Origin: Bacillota bacterium
GTDB lineage: Bacteria; Bacillota; Dehalobacteriia; UBA4068
Reading direction: 5' to 3'
Assembly: GCA_050949225.1 (NCBI GenBank)
Contig: JBMNFI010000001.1
Span: 596,378-660,377 of the forward strand
DNA length: 64,000 nucleotides
The translations under genes were made by a program, and so were the position numbers. Positions 12,966 through 24,448 of this stretch are shown here, piece after piece. The first letter of the stretch is position 1. Each line of letters starts with the position of its first letter. The notes below the pieces were generated by a model, which saw only the letters and a program-made list of their open reading frames with translations, searched no databases and was not told the DNA's origin.

Positions 12966-15900
12966 TCAGGAAAAATCGTCATCCTCATCGATACCGGATC
13001 CGGTTATTCTCAGAGGATTAAGTCCAACCGTCACATTGTCATCATCTAAATCTTCTTCATATTGATTGACAGTCTTTTTTCGATCTTTGTCTTCCTCACT
13101 AACCACATCTAAGCCTAACTCTTTGGCGGTTTCAACCACATCATCTTCATCCTCTAAAATTTCAACAACCTCATTGTTTTCAGTCATCACATTAACATCC
13201 AAACATAAGCTTTGCAGCTCTTTGATCAAAACCTTAAAGGACTCCGGCACTCCCGGTTCAGGGATGTTTTCACCCTTAACAATGGATTCATAGGTTTTAA
13301 CGCGCCCCACAATATCATCAGACTTAACTGTTAAAATTTCCTGCAAAGTATAAGCGGCTCCATAAGCCTCCAAAGCCCAAACCTCCATCTCACCAAAACG
13401 CTGTCCGCCAAATTGAGCTTTACCACCCAAAGGCTGCTGAGTGACCAGCGAATAAGGACCGGTGGAACGGGCATGAATTTTATCATCAACCAAGTGCGCT
13501 AATTTAAGCATATAGGTATAACCGGCAGTAATTTTATTATCAAAGGGTACTCCTGAACGACCATCATAAAGAGTCATTTTACCATCAAGAGATGCCCCGG
13601 CCTCCTCTAAAACAGCGGCAATATCTTCTTCTTCAGCGCCATCAAAAACAGGTGTTGCAATATGAATACCAAGATTTTTAGCTGCCCAACCAAGATGGCA
13701 TTCCAAAACCTGCCCAATATTCATCCTTGAAGGAACTCCTAGGGGGTTTAAAATGATTTCTACCGGCGTACCATCCGGCAAAAAGGGCATATCTTCTTCC
13801 GGTAAAATACGGGAAACAACCCCTTTGTTACCGTGCCGTCCGGCCATCTTGTCACCAACAGAGATCTTACGCTTTTGTGCAATATAAATACGCACCAATT
13901 TATTGACTCCGGGAGCCAGCTCATCACCATTTTCCCGGCAAAATATCTTAACATCAACGATTTTACCATTTTCACCATGAGGCACCCGCAAAGAGGTATC
14001 GCGAACCTCACGAGCCTTTTCACCAAAAATCGCTCGCAAAAGACGCTCTTCCGCTGTCAGCTCGGTCTCACCCTTAGGGGTAATTTTACCCACTAAAATA
14101 TCCCCGGGAACAACCTCAGCTCCAATACGGATAATGCCATCTTCGTCTAAATCTTTCAGCACATCTTCACCAACATTAGGAATGTCCCGAGTAATTTCCT
14201 CGGGCCCCAACTTGGTGTCACGTGCATCACATTCGTATTCCTCAATATGAATAGAAGTAAAAAAGTCCTGCTTAACCAACCTCTCACTTATAAGAATAGC
14301 ATCCTCATAATTGTAACCTTCCCAAGTCATAAAAGCGATCAAAACGTTACGGCCTAAAGCCAACTCACCTAAATCCGTAGAGGGACCATCAGCAATCGGC
14401 TCACCTTTTTTAACAAGATCACCTTTTTTGATGATGGGCTTTTGATTACAACAAGTACCTTGGTTAGAGCGCTGAAATTTCAATAACTTATGCCGCTCCA
14501 ACTCATTGTCTTCTGTTTTAATAATGATTTCATCGGCACAAACACGCTCTACCACCCCATCATGCAAAGCTATCTCGCCGACACCAGAATCCATGGCAGC
14601 CTTATATTCCATACCTGTACCAACTAAGGGCGCCTCTGTACATAAAAGAGGCACAGCCTGCCTTTGCATATTGGCCCCCATCAAAGCACGATTGGCATCA
14701 TCATGCTCTAAAAAGGGAATCAAAGCTGTAGCCACAGATACCAGCTGTTTAGGACTAACATCAATATATTCTACCTCGTGACTGTAAACCACCGCAATGT
14801 CGCGGCCGGCACGTGCATTCAGCCGTTGATTGATCAGCTTGCCATTTTCGTCAATAGGCTCACTGGCTTGCGCTACTACGTACTTGTCCTCCTCGTCAGC
14901 AGAAAGATAATGAATTTCATCGGTAACGACTTCATCTTTTACCAATCGATAAGGTGTCTCTATAAAACCAAACTCATTGATTTGTGCATAGGTTGCTAAA
15001 GACCCGATCAGGCCAATGTTCGGACCCTCAGGAGTCTCAATCGGACACATTCTGCCATAGTGACTATGGTGAACGTCACGCACCTCAAAACCGGCCCTCT
15101 CTCGAGAGAGACCGCCGGGGCCTAAGGCAGATAAACGCCGCTTATGCGTCAGTTCAGCCAAAGGATTCGTCTGATCCATAAATTGCGAAAGCTGACTGGA
15201 GCCAAAAAACTCTTTAATAGCAGCTACTACCGGACGAATATTAATTAATACCTGCGGAGTAATAGCTTCTACATCCTGAATGGTCATTCTTTCACGCACC
15301 ACTCTTTCCATACGTGAAAGCCCAATACGAAACTGGTTTTGTAACAACTCACCCACCGAACGCAAACGTCGATTTCCCAAATGATCAATATCGTCTGCTT
15401 CATGATCACCATCAAGCAGCCCCAAAAAATATCGTACCGTTTCAATAATATCGGCTGTGCAAAGATGACGAACATAGTCATTGCGAGCAGGCATTACATC
15501 CGTTTCCAGATAAGCCTGCTTTTCATCATCCCATACCTTGCCCTCATCATTAATACGCTTTAAAACCCCATGCTGTAACTTTTTGTTCAGCTTATACCGC
15601 CCTACATTACCTAAATCATATCGCTTGCCATCAAAGAAAAAGCCATGCAGAAGCAGGCGAGCCGAATCAACCGTAGGGGGCTCACCGGGGTGCAATCTTT
15701 TATAAATCTCTACCAGCGCCTCCTCTACATTTTCAGTAGTATCTTTTTCTAAAGTCATTTTAATGGACGGATGGTCATCAAAAAGCTGGAGTATTTCCTC
15801 ATTGGAACTATACCCCAAAGCCCTCACTAAAACCGTCGCAGGAATTTTCCGCATTCTGTCAACACGCGTATAAATATTGCCTGCCGCATCAGTCTCCAAC

Positions 15901-16406
15901 TCCAGCCACGCTCCACGATTAGGAATTATAGTAGAACCATAAACCCTCTCACCATTAGTATCAAATTTAGCATGATAATAAACACCGGGCGAGCGTACCA
16001 GCTGACTGACAATCACCCTTTTTGCACCATTGATAATAAAAGTACCCTTGCCCGTCATCAAGGGGAAGTCACCCATAAAAACTTCCTGCTCCTTGACTTC
16101 ACCGGATTCCTTATTGATTAAACGAACCTTAACCCTTAAAGGAGCTGCAAAAGTGGCATCCCTTTCTTGACATTCATCAACATCATACTTGGGTTCACCC
16201 AAAGAATATTCGGCAAATTCTAAAATCAAATTGCCTGTAAAATCCTGTATGGGAGAAATATCTTGAAAAAGTTCCTTCAATCCTTGATCCAAAAACCATT
16301 GATAAGATTTCTTTTGCACCTCAATCAAATTAGGTACGGACAATACTTCAGGGATTCGTGCATAACTTCTGCGCTTAATTCTCTCACCTGCAACAGGATA
16401 CTTCAT
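12966..16406 (-). CDS. rpoB: DNA-directed RNA polymerase subunit beta
   Basis: The ATG after AAGGGGTGA gives [22 protein letters not shown]. The rifampicin-cluster region is present ([15 protein letters not shown]). Confidence 0.97.
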   Translation of the reverse strand: MKYPVAGERIKRRSYARIPEVLSVPNLIEVQKKSYQWFLDQGLKELFQDISPIQDFTGNLILEFAEYSLGEPKYDVDECQERDATFAAPLRVKVRLINKESGEVKEQEVFMGDFPLMTGKGTFIINGAKRVIVSQLVRSPGVYYHAKFDTNGERVYGSTIIPNRGAWLELETDAAGNIYTRVDRMRKIPATVLVRALGYSSNEEILQLFDDHPSIKMTLEKDTTENVEEALVEIYKRLHPGEPPTVDSARLLLHGFFFDGKRYDLGNVGRYKLNKKLQHGVLKRINDEGKVWDDEKQAYLETDVMPARNDYVRHLCTADIIETVRYFLGLLDGDHEADDIDHLGNRRLRSVGELLQNQFRIGLSRMERVVRERMTIQDVEAITPQVLINIRPVVAAIKEFFGSSQLSQFMDQTNPLAELTHKRRLSALGPGGLSRERAGFEVRDVHHSHYGRMCPIETPEGPNIGLIGSLATYAQINEFGFIETPYRLVKDEVVTDEIHYLSADEEDKYVVAQASEPIDENGKLINQRLNARAGRDIAVVYSHEVEYIDVSPKQLVSVATALIPFLEHDDANRALMGANMQRQAVPLLCTEAPLVGTGMEYKAAMDSGVGEIALHDGVVERVCADEIIIKTEDNELERHKLLKFQRSNQGTCCNQKPIIKKGDLVKKGEPIADGPSTDLGELALGRNVLIAFMTWEGYNYEDAILISERLVKQDFFTSIHIEEYECDARDTKLGPEEITRDIPNVGEDVLKDLDEDGIIRIGAEVVPGDILVGKITPKGETELTAEERLLRAIFGEKAREVRDTSLRVPHGENGKIVDVKIFCRENGDELAPGVNKLVRIYIAQKRKISVGDKMAGRHGNKGVVSRILPEEDMPFLPDGTPVEIILNPLGVPSRMNIGQVLECHLGWAAKNLGIHIATPVFDGAEEEDIAAVLEEAGASLDGKMTLYDGRSGVPFDNKITAGYTYMLKLAHLVDDKIHARSTGPYSLVTQQPLGGKAQFGGQRFGEMEVWALEAYGAAYTLQEILTVKSDDIVGRVKTYESIVKGENIPEPGVPESFKVLIKELQSLCLDVNVMTENNEVVEILEDEDDVVETAKELGLDVVSEEDKDRKKTVNQYEEDLDDDNVTVGLNPLRITGSGIDEDDDFS

Positions 16407-16569
16407 TAAAACAATCACCCCTTATAAAAATGAACACTAAAAATCTTTTCATGCTTAATAAAAACATGAAAATTTAACTAAACAGGTCGAAAAAAGGCTA
16501 TTTTGCAACTTAAACTGTGCCTTAAACAGGTAAAAAACTGACAAACACCCACACTAGTGTCATTTTAAC

Positions 16570-16598
16570 ATAATACCATAATAACAGGCGTACGTCAA
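16570..16598 (-). promoter_or_regulatory. Candidate sigma-A promoter for rpoBC (-35 TTGACG, 17-nt spacer, -10 TATTAT)
   Basis: Read on the reverse complement: TTGACGtacgcctgttattatggTATTAT. It lies ~150 nt upstream of rpoB. Confidence 0.4.
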
Positions 16599-16621
16599 TC
16601 TTTTTTGCAATATTATTCTCC

Positions 16622-16667
16622 ATAAAAAATAGAGGAGTAAAAAATACTGTATTTTTCATCCTCTATT
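16622..16667 (-). terminator. Stem-loop plus U-tract downstream of rplL (partial terminator/attenuator before rpoB)
   Basis: Stem aatagagga / tcctctatt followed by UUUUUU on the minus strand. Confidence 0.45.
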
Positions 16668-16708
16668 TTATATCTGTTTAAGAAAATCTTTTGCTGATTT
16701 TTAAATTA

Positions 16709-17086
16709 CTATTGAAGCTCAACAGTAGCCCCGGCTTCTTCCAATTGGGCTTTTATTTCATTAGCTTCTTCAGCAGCCACACCTTCTTTGATGGCTTTAG
16801 GAGCAGCTTCTACCAATTCTTTGGCTTCTTTTAATCCCAAGCTAGTAATTCCTCTAACTGCCTTAATAACATTTACTTTCTTTTCACCAAAAGAGGTCAA
16901 AACTACGTTAAATTCGGTTTTTTCCTCAGCAGCACCCGCATCAGCACCGGCTGCAGGAGCAGCAGCAACAGCCACAGGGGCAGCAGCAGAAACACCAAAC
17001 TCTTCTTCAAAAGCTTTTACCAATTCAGCCAACTCCAAAACAGTCAGCCCTTTAACTAATTCTAATACTTCATTTACTTTAGACAT
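16709..17086 (-). CDS. rplL: 50S ribosomal protein L7/L12
   Basis: 125 aa starting [32 protein letters not shown], with an Ala-rich hinge. Confidence 0.95.
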   Translation of the reverse strand: MSKVNEVLELVKGLTVLELAELVKAFEEEFGVSAAAPVAVAAAPAAGADAGAAEEKTEFNVVLTSFGEKKVNVIKAVRGITSLGLKEAKELVEAAPKAIKEGVAAEEANEIKAQLEEAGATVELQ

Positions 17087-17131
17087 GAAATTTCCTCCTA
17101 AAATATTATTAAATTTAAATTATCATTACAA

Positions 17132-17671
17132 TTAAACAGCTTCCTGTTCTTTTTTCTCACGAACTGCATCAACCACGTTAACCAATTGAGTTAACATTCC
17201 TGTAGTAACCCCGGCAAAGCCATAAAGCGGTGCCTGCATAGATCCTAAAATTTTGGCGAGCATTTCTTCTCTGGATGGCAGCTTGGCTAAAACATCAATG
17301 TCGTCAACACTTAAAATATTACCATCTAACAACCCTACCTTAATCTGGGTTTTTTTAGCTTTTTTAATGAAATTGCTTAAGATTTTTGCCATCTCCACCG
17401 GATTATCACCAAAAGCAATAGCCGTAGGATCCGCAAAATAATCGTCCAAGGCAGTATGCCCGGCATTATTACAGGCGATTTTTAACAAGGTGTTCTTAGC
17501 CACCAGATAATTAATACCGGCCTCACGGAGCTCTTTTCTCAGCTCGGAATCCTCAGACACGGAAATACCACGATAATCAGTCATCATAATAGTATTGTTG
17601 TTTACAAAAAAATCCTGCAGCTTAGCAACTTCCTGTTCCTTTTTTATTCGTTGAGGTTTTTTATCAACCAT
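17132..17671 (-). CDS. rplJ: 50S ribosomal protein L10
   Basis: Internal ATG after GAGGGGG gives MVDKKPQRIKKEQEVAKLQDFF..., 179 aa. The 38-codon extension on the ORF track is rejected. Confidence 0.88.
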   Translation of the reverse strand: MVDKKPQRIKKEQEVAKLQDFFVNNNTIMMTDYRGISVSEDSELRKELREAGINYLVAKNTLLKIACNNAGHTALDDYFADPTAIAFGDNPVEMAKILSNFIKKAKKTQIKVGLLDGNILSVDDIDVLAKLPSREEMLAKILGSMQAPLYGFAGVTTGMLTQLVNVVDAVREKKEQEAV

Positions 17672-17880
17672 TCCCAGCACCCCCTCTCTAAAATTATTTA
17701 ATTTTTGCAAAAATAATAGCCCTCGCTCCCGGGCAAGGGCTGACAATACCTCTTTGATCACAACAGATTGATCACAATAGGGCATTAAAAGCTCCGGCCT
17801 CGGTTGGCGTAAACAACTTACCCTTTAAAAGGACCAACTGTCTTGGGCACTGCTATTAAATTAATCAAGAATACGATATG
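17672..17880 (-). promoter_or_regulatory. rplJ leader region (expected L10(L12)4 autoregulatory leader)
   Basis: A ~200-nt untranslated gap between rplA and rplJ, where Firmicutes carry the L10 leader. The fold was not verified. Confidence 0.35.
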
Positions 17881-18579
17881 CTACTCACCCAAAGGTTTTG
17901 AAAGGTCAACTTTAACACCGGGTCCCATAGTAGACGACAAGGTGATACTTTTAATATATTGACCCTTTGCCGCTGCGGGCTTAACTTTAATTAAGGTATC
18001 AACTAAAGTCAAATAGTTTTCCAGTAATTGCTTTTGCTCAAAAGAAGCTTTACCAATGCGACAATGCACATTAGCCGCCTTATCCAAACGATACTCCACT
18101 TTACCGGCCTTGATCTCACCCAATGCTTTAGCCAGATCATTGGTTACCGTACCGGTTTTAGGGTTAGGCATCAGACCCTTAGGGCCTAATAATCTACCCA
18201 ATTTACCAACGACCCCCATCATATCAGGTGTCGCCACGATAACATCAAAATCGAACCAGCCGCCCTGGATTTTTTCCGCCAATTCTTCCGCTCCTACAAT
18301 ATCGGCACCGGCAGCTTCTGCCTCCTTGGCTTTTTCACCCTTAGCAAAAACTAAAACCTTAAGCTCAACACCCGTGCCATGGGGTAAAACTACTGCCCCT
18401 CTGATTTGTTGATCTGATTGACGCGGATCAAGGCTCAATCTTACGGAAAGCTCTATAGTTTCATCAAATTTAGCCTTACTGTTTTCCTTAACCCTTGCAA
18501 TAGCCTCAGCAGGGGCAAAAACAGCCATCTGGTCATAACTTTTGACTAATTCCTTATATCTTTTACCATGTTTAGCCAT
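17881..18579 (-). CDS. rplA: 50S ribosomal protein L1
   Basis: ATG after AAGGAGG gives [17 protein letters not shown]..., 232 aa. Confidence 0.95.
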   Translation of the reverse strand: MAKHGKRYKELVKSYDQMAVFAPAEAIARVKENSKAKFDETIELSVRLSLDPRQSDQQIRGAVVLPHGTGVELKVLVFAKGEKAKEAEAAGADIVGAEELAEKIQGGWFDFDVIVATPDMMGVVGKLGRLLGPKGLMPNPKTGTVTNDLAKALGEIKAGKVEYRLDKAANVHCRIGKASFEQKQLLENYLTLVDTLIKVKPAAAKGQYIKSITLSSTMGPGVKVDLSKPLGE

Positions 18580-18643
18580 ATAATAAATAAACCTCCTTGT
18601 GGTCATGCGGGGCAAGCCCCTGCCACTCTATTTACAAATAAGC

Positions 18644-19069
18644 TTATCCCTCCACAGTAATCCCCATACTTCTGGCAGTACCTTCCACCATGCGCATGGC
18701 AGCTTCAATATCAGCTGCATTGAGATCAACCATCTTAAGTTCAGCAATTTCTTTGACTTTATCCCTGGGAACAGTCGCCACTTTTTCTTTGTTCGGCTCA
18801 CCAGACCCCTTTTCAATGCCGGCAGCCTTTAAAAGTAAAACTGAAGCGGGCGGAGTTTTAAGAATAAAAGAAAACGATCTATCTTCATAAATAGTAATCT
18901 CCGCAGGAATAATCATGCCCGGTTGTTTTGCGGTCTGTTCATTAAATTCTTTACAAAAACCCATGATATTAATACCATGAGGCCCTAAAGCAGAACCTAC
19001 AGGTGGCGCAGGATTAGCTTTCCCTGCCGGGATTTGTAACTTAACAACCGCCATTACTTTCTTAGCCAT
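18644..19069 (-). CDS. rplK: 50S ribosomal protein L11
   Basis: 141 aa starting [43 protein letters not shown]. Confidence 0.95.
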   Translation of the reverse strand: MAKKVMAVVKLQIPAGKANPAPPVGSALGPHGINIMGFCKEFNEQTAKQPGMIIPAEITIYEDRSFSFILKTPPASVLLLKAAGIEKGSGEPNKEKVATVPRDKVKEIAELKMVDLNAADIEAAMRMVEGTARSMGITVEG

Positions 19070-19155
19070 TTGGACACCTCCTTAGTTAAAATGTGGTATA
19101 GCGAGGATAAATCCCCTCCCACTAGCAAAACAAGCAAAGCTTGTAAAAAGGTTTT

Positions 19156-19689
19156 TTATAACTTCTCGGCTTGAGAAAAATCAACTTCTAAAGGCGTCTC
19201 ACGACCAAAAATAGATACAGTAACAAGCATTTTACCTTTATCGGCAAAAATTTCTTCTACCACACCCACAAAATCCTCAAACGGACCATCGTTTAAACGC
19301 ACACTCTCTCCCACCGCAAAATTCACTTTAATACGATTTTCCATCTGACCCATTTGTTCCAAAATGCGATCAGCCTCTTCATCTAATAGTGGCACAGGCT
19401 TAGCACCTGTACCCACAAAACCGGTCACCCCCGGTGTATTTCGTACAACATACCAGGAAGAATCGGTCAAGTACATTTCAACAAGCACATACCCCGGAAA
19501 AACCTTCTTGGGGACGATTTTCTTCTTACCGCCTTTCATTTGCACCTCATTTTCCATAGGTACAATTACCCGAAAAATATTTTCTTCCATATTCATGGAT
19601 TCAACACGTTTTTCCAGGTTGGCTTTAACTTTGTTTTCATATCCTGCATAAGTATGAATAACATACCATTCTTTTTTCATATCCAACAT
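19156..19689 (-). CDS. nusG: Transcription termination/antitermination factor NusG
   Basis: 177 aa containing WYVIHTYAGYENKVKANLE (NGN domain) and a KOW C-terminus. Confidence 0.95.
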   Translation of the reverse strand: MLDMKKEWYVIHTYAGYENKVKANLEKRVESMNMEENIFRVIVPMENEVQMKGGKKKIVPKKVFPGYVLVEMYLTDSSWYVVRNTPGVTGFVGTGAKPVPLLDEEADRILEQMGQMENRIKVNFAVGESVRLNDGPFEDFVGVVEEIFADKGKMLVTVSIFGRETPLEVDFSQAEKL

Positions 19690-19733
19690 AAAGCCTTTCT
19701 AGCAGCATTTAGCAGTTCACTCAATATATAATC

Positions 19734-19973
19734 CTAAAATCCCATCAATTTGGTAAAGATCGCGGAAAATCCCAAATCCATCAAAGCCAGCACTATCGCA
19801 GCAATCGCCACAGCGATAATAACTACAACTGTATAAATAGCAATTTCTTTGGGAGTAGGCCAGTGAACCTTTTTAAGCTCAGCGAGTACTCCTTTAAAAA
19901 AGGAGCTAATCTTGCCGCCGGTTTTTTTGGGTTGCTTACCTGTTGCAGTTTTTGATACAGCCATGCTTTTCAC
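19734..19973 (-). CDS. secE: Preprotein translocase subunit SecE
   Basis: 79 aa with a single C-terminal TM helix and the KVHWPTPKE motif. Sits in the rpmG-secE-nusG arrangement. Confidence 0.9.
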   Translation of the reverse strand: MKSMAVSKTATGKQPKKTGGKISSFFKGVLAELKKVHWPTPKEIAIYTVVVIIAVAIAAIVLALMDLGFSAIFTKLMGF

Positions 19974-20009
19974 ATCCTTAATTTACGCTTAAATTATGGT
20001 AATCACAAC

Positions 20010-20160
20010 CTACTTCGTTTCTTTATGAAGAGTATGAGTTTTGCAGAAGCTGCAATATTTCTTTAATTCGATTCGATCAGACGTTGTTTTTTTGTTCTTA
20101 CTAGTCATATAATTACGTCTTTTACATTCTGTACAAGCCATTGTAACGGCTACTCTCATG
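20010..20160 (-). CDS. rpmG: 50S ribosomal protein L33
   Basis: Not in the ORF track because it is under 60 aa. The reverse complement translates to [49 protein letters not shown], which carries a 4-Cys zinc ribbon. Confidence 0.9.
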
Positions 20161-20274
20161 CTTGCCATCTCCTTATAGACATATTACCTCACTATCTAAG
20201 GAGGCACTTAATAAATTTATCATATTCAACCATACCTGTCAAGGAAAGATTTATAAAAAGTTTTATAAATATCC

Positions 20275-20308
20275 ACAAAAATCCCCTTGTCCGAAAATAA
20301 CAAGGGGA
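20275..20308 (-). terminator. Rho-independent terminator downstream of tuf copy 2 (stem tccccttgt / acaagggga plus UUUUU)
   Basis: Hairpin and U-run read on the minus strand immediately 3' of the tuf stop. Confidence 0.6.
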
Positions 20309-20323
20309 TTTTAAGATGCTAAA

Positions 20324-21526
20324 CTACTCACTCACAGAAGAAACAACCCCGGCTCCCACTGTTCTGCCACCCTCACGAATAGCAAAATGCAAACCAGCTT
20401 CAATAGCAATCGGGATAATCAATTCTATTGTCATCTTAATGTTATCACCGGGCATTACCATCTCTACTCCCTCAGGAAGATGTGCTACGCCTGTTACATC
20501 TGTAGTTCTAAAGTAAAACTGTGGCCTGTAACCATTGAAAAACGGCGTATGACGACCGCCCTCTTCCTTGGTCAAAATGTATACTTCCCCTTCAAATTTC
20601 GTGTGTGGCTTGATGCTGCCGGGTTTAGCTAAAACCTGACCTCTTTCCACATCCTTACGCTCAACACCGCGCAATAAACAACCTACATTGTCGCCGGCTT
20701 CTGCAAAATCTAACAGCTTGCGGAACATTTCCACCCCGGTTACAACCGTAGAACTCGTCTCTTCCTGTAAACCAACAATATCTACTGTATCTCCAACGCT
20801 GATAGTTCCTCTTTCCACACGACCGGTAACAACTGTACCACGACCCGTAATGGTAAAAACGTCTTCTATCGGCATCAAGAAAGGTTTATCCTTATCTCTT
20901 TCAGGTGAAGGAATGTATTCATCAACTTTATCCATCAGCTGCCATATCGGACTGCAATCCTCACAATCACGAGACCCGCAACCGCATTGCAAAGCTTTTA
21001 AAGCTGAGCCGGCAATAATTGGGGTGTCATCTCCGGGAAATTCATACTCGGAAAGCAGCTCTCTGATTTCCATCTCTACCAATTCCAGTAATTCTTCATC
21101 ATCTACCTGGTCTGCTTTATTCATGAATACCACAATATAAGGTACTCCTACTTGACGTGCTAAAAGGATATGCTCTCTGGTTTGAGGCATTGGACCGTCG
21201 GCTGCACTAACAACCAAGATAGCTCCATCCATCTGAGCTGCACCGGTAATCATGTTTTTTACATAGTCGGCGTGACCGGGACAGTCTACATGGGCATAAT
21301 GCCTTTTTTCTGTCTCATATTCCACGTGTGATGTATTAATCGTAATACCACGTTCTCTTTCTTCCGGAGCTGCGTCAATCTGATCATAGGCCTTAACCTC
21401 TGCTCCTCCTGCTTTTGACAAGCACAAAGTAATTGCTGCCGTCAAGGTTGTCTTACCGTGATCCACGTGACCAATTGTACCAATGTTTACGTGCGGCTTT
21501 GTTCTCTCAAATTTCTGTTTTGCCAT
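20324..21526 (-). CDS. tuf: Elongation factor Tu (copy 2, upstream of rpmG-secE-nusG)
   Basis: 400-aa protein, 100% identical to copy 1. The nucleotide identity coincides with the CDS. Confidence 0.97.
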   Translation of the reverse strand: MAKQKFERTKPHVNIGTIGHVDHGKTTLTAAITLCLSKAGGAEVKAYDQIDAAPEERERGITINTSHVEYETEKRHYAHVDCPGHADYVKNMITGAAQMDGAILVVSAADGPMPQTREHILLARQVGVPYIVVFMNKADQVDDEELLELVEMEIRELLSEYEFPGDDTPIIAGSALKALQCGCGSRDCEDCSPIWQLMDKVDEYIPSPERDKDKPFLMPIEDVFTITGRGTVVTGRVERGTISVGDTVDIVGLQEETSSTVVTGVEMFRKLLDFAEAGDNVGCLLRGVERKDVERGQVLAKPGSIKPHTKFEGEVYILTKEEGGRHTPFFNGYRPQFYFRTTDVTGVAHLPEGVEMVMPGDNIKMTIELIIPIAIEAGLHFAIREGGRTVGAGVVSSVSE

Positions 21527-21686
21527 GGGTCTAAGTAACCTCCTTTAAATTACATTGCTTTATTCTTGCCAAGACTATTGTTCAGCAATCAAAATAGCAT
21601 ATCAATTCTTATTCTATAATAGATCTTTTTTTCTGTCAATCCGCTTTTTATCATTATTCTAAATGTCATACGAATCTATTTTATAA

Positions 21687-22577
21687 TCACTTTTTAAGTA
21701 GTTTTTGCACATAATTAGGTAAAGCAAAACAACCCTTATGCACTTGACTATTGTAATAGTTAGTCTCAATATGTAAATTCTGCCAAAGCTCTTGCTGTTG
21801 GTCAAGCAGGGGGTCAAAACATTTAGAAGCAAAACCAAAATACCAATAACCTGAAGCATAAGAAGGTATGTTAAACCCATAAATCCGAGAGATAGGAAAC
21901 ACTTCATCAATTTTACGATGAGCCCTTTTCATTTCTCTGATATCCCCTTCATAAAAAGCTCCCTCATGCTGGTTAATCAAAATACCTTTAGGTGATAAAA
22001 TCCGATAGCAATTTTGATAAAAATCAATAGAAAACAGACCTTCTCCATAACCAATAGGATCAGTAGAATCAACCAAAATCACATCATAGCTATCTGTCTC
22101 ACTTTGCTTGACAAATTGCAAACCATCACAAAAATGCAAATTGATCCGCGGTTCAAGCTCAAAAACACCCGCCGTCTGTGGTAAATATTTTTGACATAAG
22201 CGCACCACTCTTTCGTCAAGCTCCACCAGATCAATTTTTTCTATCATGCGGTATTTGACCATCTCTCTGGCCGCACCGCCGTCACCACCGCCTACAATCA
22301 ACACTCTTTGCGCTGCCGGATTCACCGCCATAGCGGGATGACAAATCATTTCATGGTAAATAAATTCATCTTTTTCCGTCACCATCACATAGCCGTCCAA
22401 AGTGAAAAAAGTACCAAAGGTACGATTTTTCATAAAAGCTATTTTTTGATAACCGGTCTCTTCCTGATATAAATACTCCTCGATTTCTAAAGCAAGTTTC
22501 ACGTCATCAGCATGGTATTCAGCATACCATGTTTCATGGTTTTTACTCATTAATTTCTCCTGGTTTTTTCTCAGCAA
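21687..22577 (-). CDS. speE: Spermidine synthase (polyamine aminopropyltransferase)
   Basis: 296 aa containing VLIVGGGDGGAAREMVKY and DLVELDERVV (SAM/dcSAM-binding fold). Confidence 0.9.
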   Translation of the reverse strand: MLRKNQEKLMSKNHETWYAEYHADDVKLALEIEEYLYQEETGYQKIAFMKNRTFGTFFTLDGYVMVTEKDEFIYHEMICHPAMAVNPAAQRVLIVGGGDGGAAREMVKYRMIEKIDLVELDERVVRLCQKYLPQTAGVFELEPRINLHFCDGLQFVKQSETDSYDVILVDSTDPIGYGEGLFSIDFYQNCYRILSPKGILINQHEGAFYEGDIREMKRAHRKIDEVFPISRIYGFNIPSYASGYWYFGFASKCFDPLLDQQQELWQNLHIETNYYNSQVHKGCFALPNYVQKLLKK

Positions 22578-22582
22578 GCTTC

Positions 22583-23386
22583 CTAATAAAGATTGCGCCC
22601 ATAGAAAATTTCGTCCATCTCTTTTCTCAGCTTATTGGTAATTTCCTGCACCTCTGCGGCCGGAATATCCGCCTCATTAAAATGAAAAAGATAATCATCT
22701 AAAGCAAATTCCTTAAGCTTGCATTTTGTATGAAAAATATTCTCTTGATAAACATTAACATCAATCATTTGATACTGCTTTTGAATCTCCGGCGGTATAT
22801 AATCCTGAATAGATGTTAAAGCATGATCCATAAACAGCTTTTGTCCGGTAATATCCCTGGCAAACCCCCGTACTCGATAATCCAGAGTCATAATATCCGC
22901 TTCCACATTGTTGATTAAAAAGGGCAGCGTCGTTAATGGGGAAATCTCTCCGCAGGTAGAAACATCAATGTCTGCCCGGAAAGTACAAACCCCACCATCA
23001 GGATGGTATTCGGGATAGGTATGCACAGTAATATGGCTTTTATCCAAATGCGCCGCTACCGAATCCTTGGCGGGCAACCTGGAAAAATAAGTACCGTCAG
23101 CCGGTTGACCTTCATCACAAATAAGAATGGTCACACTGGCTCCCTGTGGTTCATAATCCTGCACCGCAATATTTAAAATTTTGGCACCGATAATTCTTAC
23201 TACTTCTGTTAAAATAGCTGTCAGCTTTTCTGCATTATACTGTTCATCGATATATTCAATGTAGGCAATGCGATCCTTGACGGATTTAGTATAACAAATA
23301 TCATACATGTTAAAACTTAAAGTTTTAGTCAAATTATTAAATCCATGCAAAGTAATCTTTTCTGTAAGCGAATTTCCCAATCCCAT
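22583..23386 (-). CDS. speD: S-adenosylmethionine decarboxylase proenzyme (SpeD type)
   Basis: 267 aa. [19 protein letters not shown] and HITVHTYPE closely resemble E. coli SpeD. Confidence 0.9.
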   Translation of the reverse strand: MGLGNSLTEKITLHGFNNLTKTLSFNMYDICYTKSVKDRIAYIEYIDEQYNAEKLTAILTEVVRIIGAKILNIAVQDYEPQGASVTILICDEGQPADGTYFSRLPAKDSVAAHLDKSHITVHTYPEYHPDGGVCTFRADIDVSTCGEISPLTTLPFLINNVEADIMTLDYRVRGFARDITGQKLFMDHALTSIQDYIPPEIQKQYQMIDVNVYQENIFHTKCKLKEFALDDYLFHFNEADIPAAEVQEITNKLRKEMDEIFYGRNLY

Positions 23387-23400
23387 TTTTCCCTCCTCAT

Positions 23401-23754
23401 TTAATTTTTTTGTTCAGCTTGTTTTAAGTTTTTTTCTTTCAGCCAGTAATCCTTGTCGTATTGCTTTTCTAACCGACGATTGCGAAAATAAAGCAGTGTG
23501 TCTATCGCAACCATCACTAAATTTACAACGTAAAAAATCACCACCGGATCAGCAGGAAAGAAAATCCTTTTATTCAAAATCCCCGCCGTATAACCTGCAA
23601 GTAAAATAAATAAAAACACCACGCTCTTACCTTGGGTAGAAGCGGATTTGTAAGAACGATAAATAGAGGCCGGCCAAGCCGCACCAAAACACAACAACAT
23701 CGTTAATTCTAATGGACTCATGGACAATCCCTTCTTTGAAATATGTATAACCAT
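23401..23754 (-). CDS. Small 3-TM membrane protein, possibly lipid-A-disaccharide-synthase N-terminal (LAB_N)-like domain
   Basis: 117 aa, hydrophobic. The motif pattern [13 protein letters not shown]...GKSVV...DPVVI resembles LAB_N family small proteins. The start may be the internal MSPLEL. Confidence 0.4.
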   Translation of the reverse strand: MVIHISKKGLSMSPLELTMLLCFGAAWPASIYRSYKSASTQGKSVVFLFILLAGYTAGILNKRIFFPADPVVIFYVVNLVMVAIDTLLYFRNRRLEKQYDKDYWLKEKNLKQAEQKN

Positions 23755-23781
23755 TATATTATAACAAATCGATATCTAAAG

Positions 23782-24447
23782 TCAATCTGTCAACAGCTCA
23801 AAAACCTCATGAGGTATTGTCAGTTGACGCCGGTGAGCTAAATCGCCCAAAGCCCTTTGATAAGCCCTGCAAAGCTGCTGAGAATTTATTTCCTTATGCT
23901 CTAATAAAAAAGCCGCCGCCGCTTTAACCCAGGAAAATTTCCAAGTGGTAAAAACCGGATCATAGCTAAGGGCATAGGCTAAAATATTGCCCCAGTCCGT
24001 AATCCGATCAGTGTTTTTTGCATCGGTAAAATCCACCCCATAAAGCAGCTTTTTTTGCCGATCCCAAATAAAATTACGTAAATTGACATCACCACGCCCC
24101 TGCTGCAAACAGGCATAAAACTGCTCCAACCAGCTCCATAAGGGCTCAATAACCTCCCGTCCCTCTCTATTTTGCGCCTCCTCCTGCCGCAAAAAATCAC
24201 ATAAATTTATCCCCTCAAGATAGGAAAGCAACAGGTAGTCCTCCCCCACTTCTAAAACTTGCGGAACCGCCAGACCCGCTGCTCTCAATTTGCTTAGGAT
24301 TTGCTGCTCTCGTAACAAACCATCATTTAAATATTTTTTACAAACCAGCAAGGATCCTGCCCTTTCCAATAAAAATACTTTATTCTGCTTTGAAACAAAG
24401 GTCTCTTTAAGGGTGTAATCGGCTTGCCCCAGAAACGTTAAATCCAT
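23782..24447 (-). CDS. Small atypical protein-kinase-fold protein (Kdo/LPS-kinase, RIO/Bud32 or APH-like)
   Basis: 221 aa. A beta3-Lys-like LVCKKY, a catalytic-loop-like GDVNLRNFIWD and a DFG-like YGVDFTDA are present. No glycine-rich loop. Confidence 0.45.
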   Translation of the reverse strand: MDLTFLGQADYTLKETFVSKQNKVFLLERAGSLLVCKKYLNDGLLREQQILSKLRAAGLAVPQVLEVGEDYLLLSYLEGINLCDFLRQEEAQNREGREVIEPLWSWLEQFYACLQQGRGDVNLRNFIWDRQKKLLYGVDFTDAKNTDRITDWGNILAYALSYDPVFTTWKFSWVKAAAAFLLEHKEINSQQLCRAYQRALGDLAHRRQLTIPHEVFELLTD

Positions 24448-24448
24448 T

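Noticed and set aside
21659-21910. 83-aa minus-strand ORF overlapping the speE 3' end
   Set aside because: Same-strand, different-frame overlap with the well-supported speE. Hydrophobic low-complexity translation.
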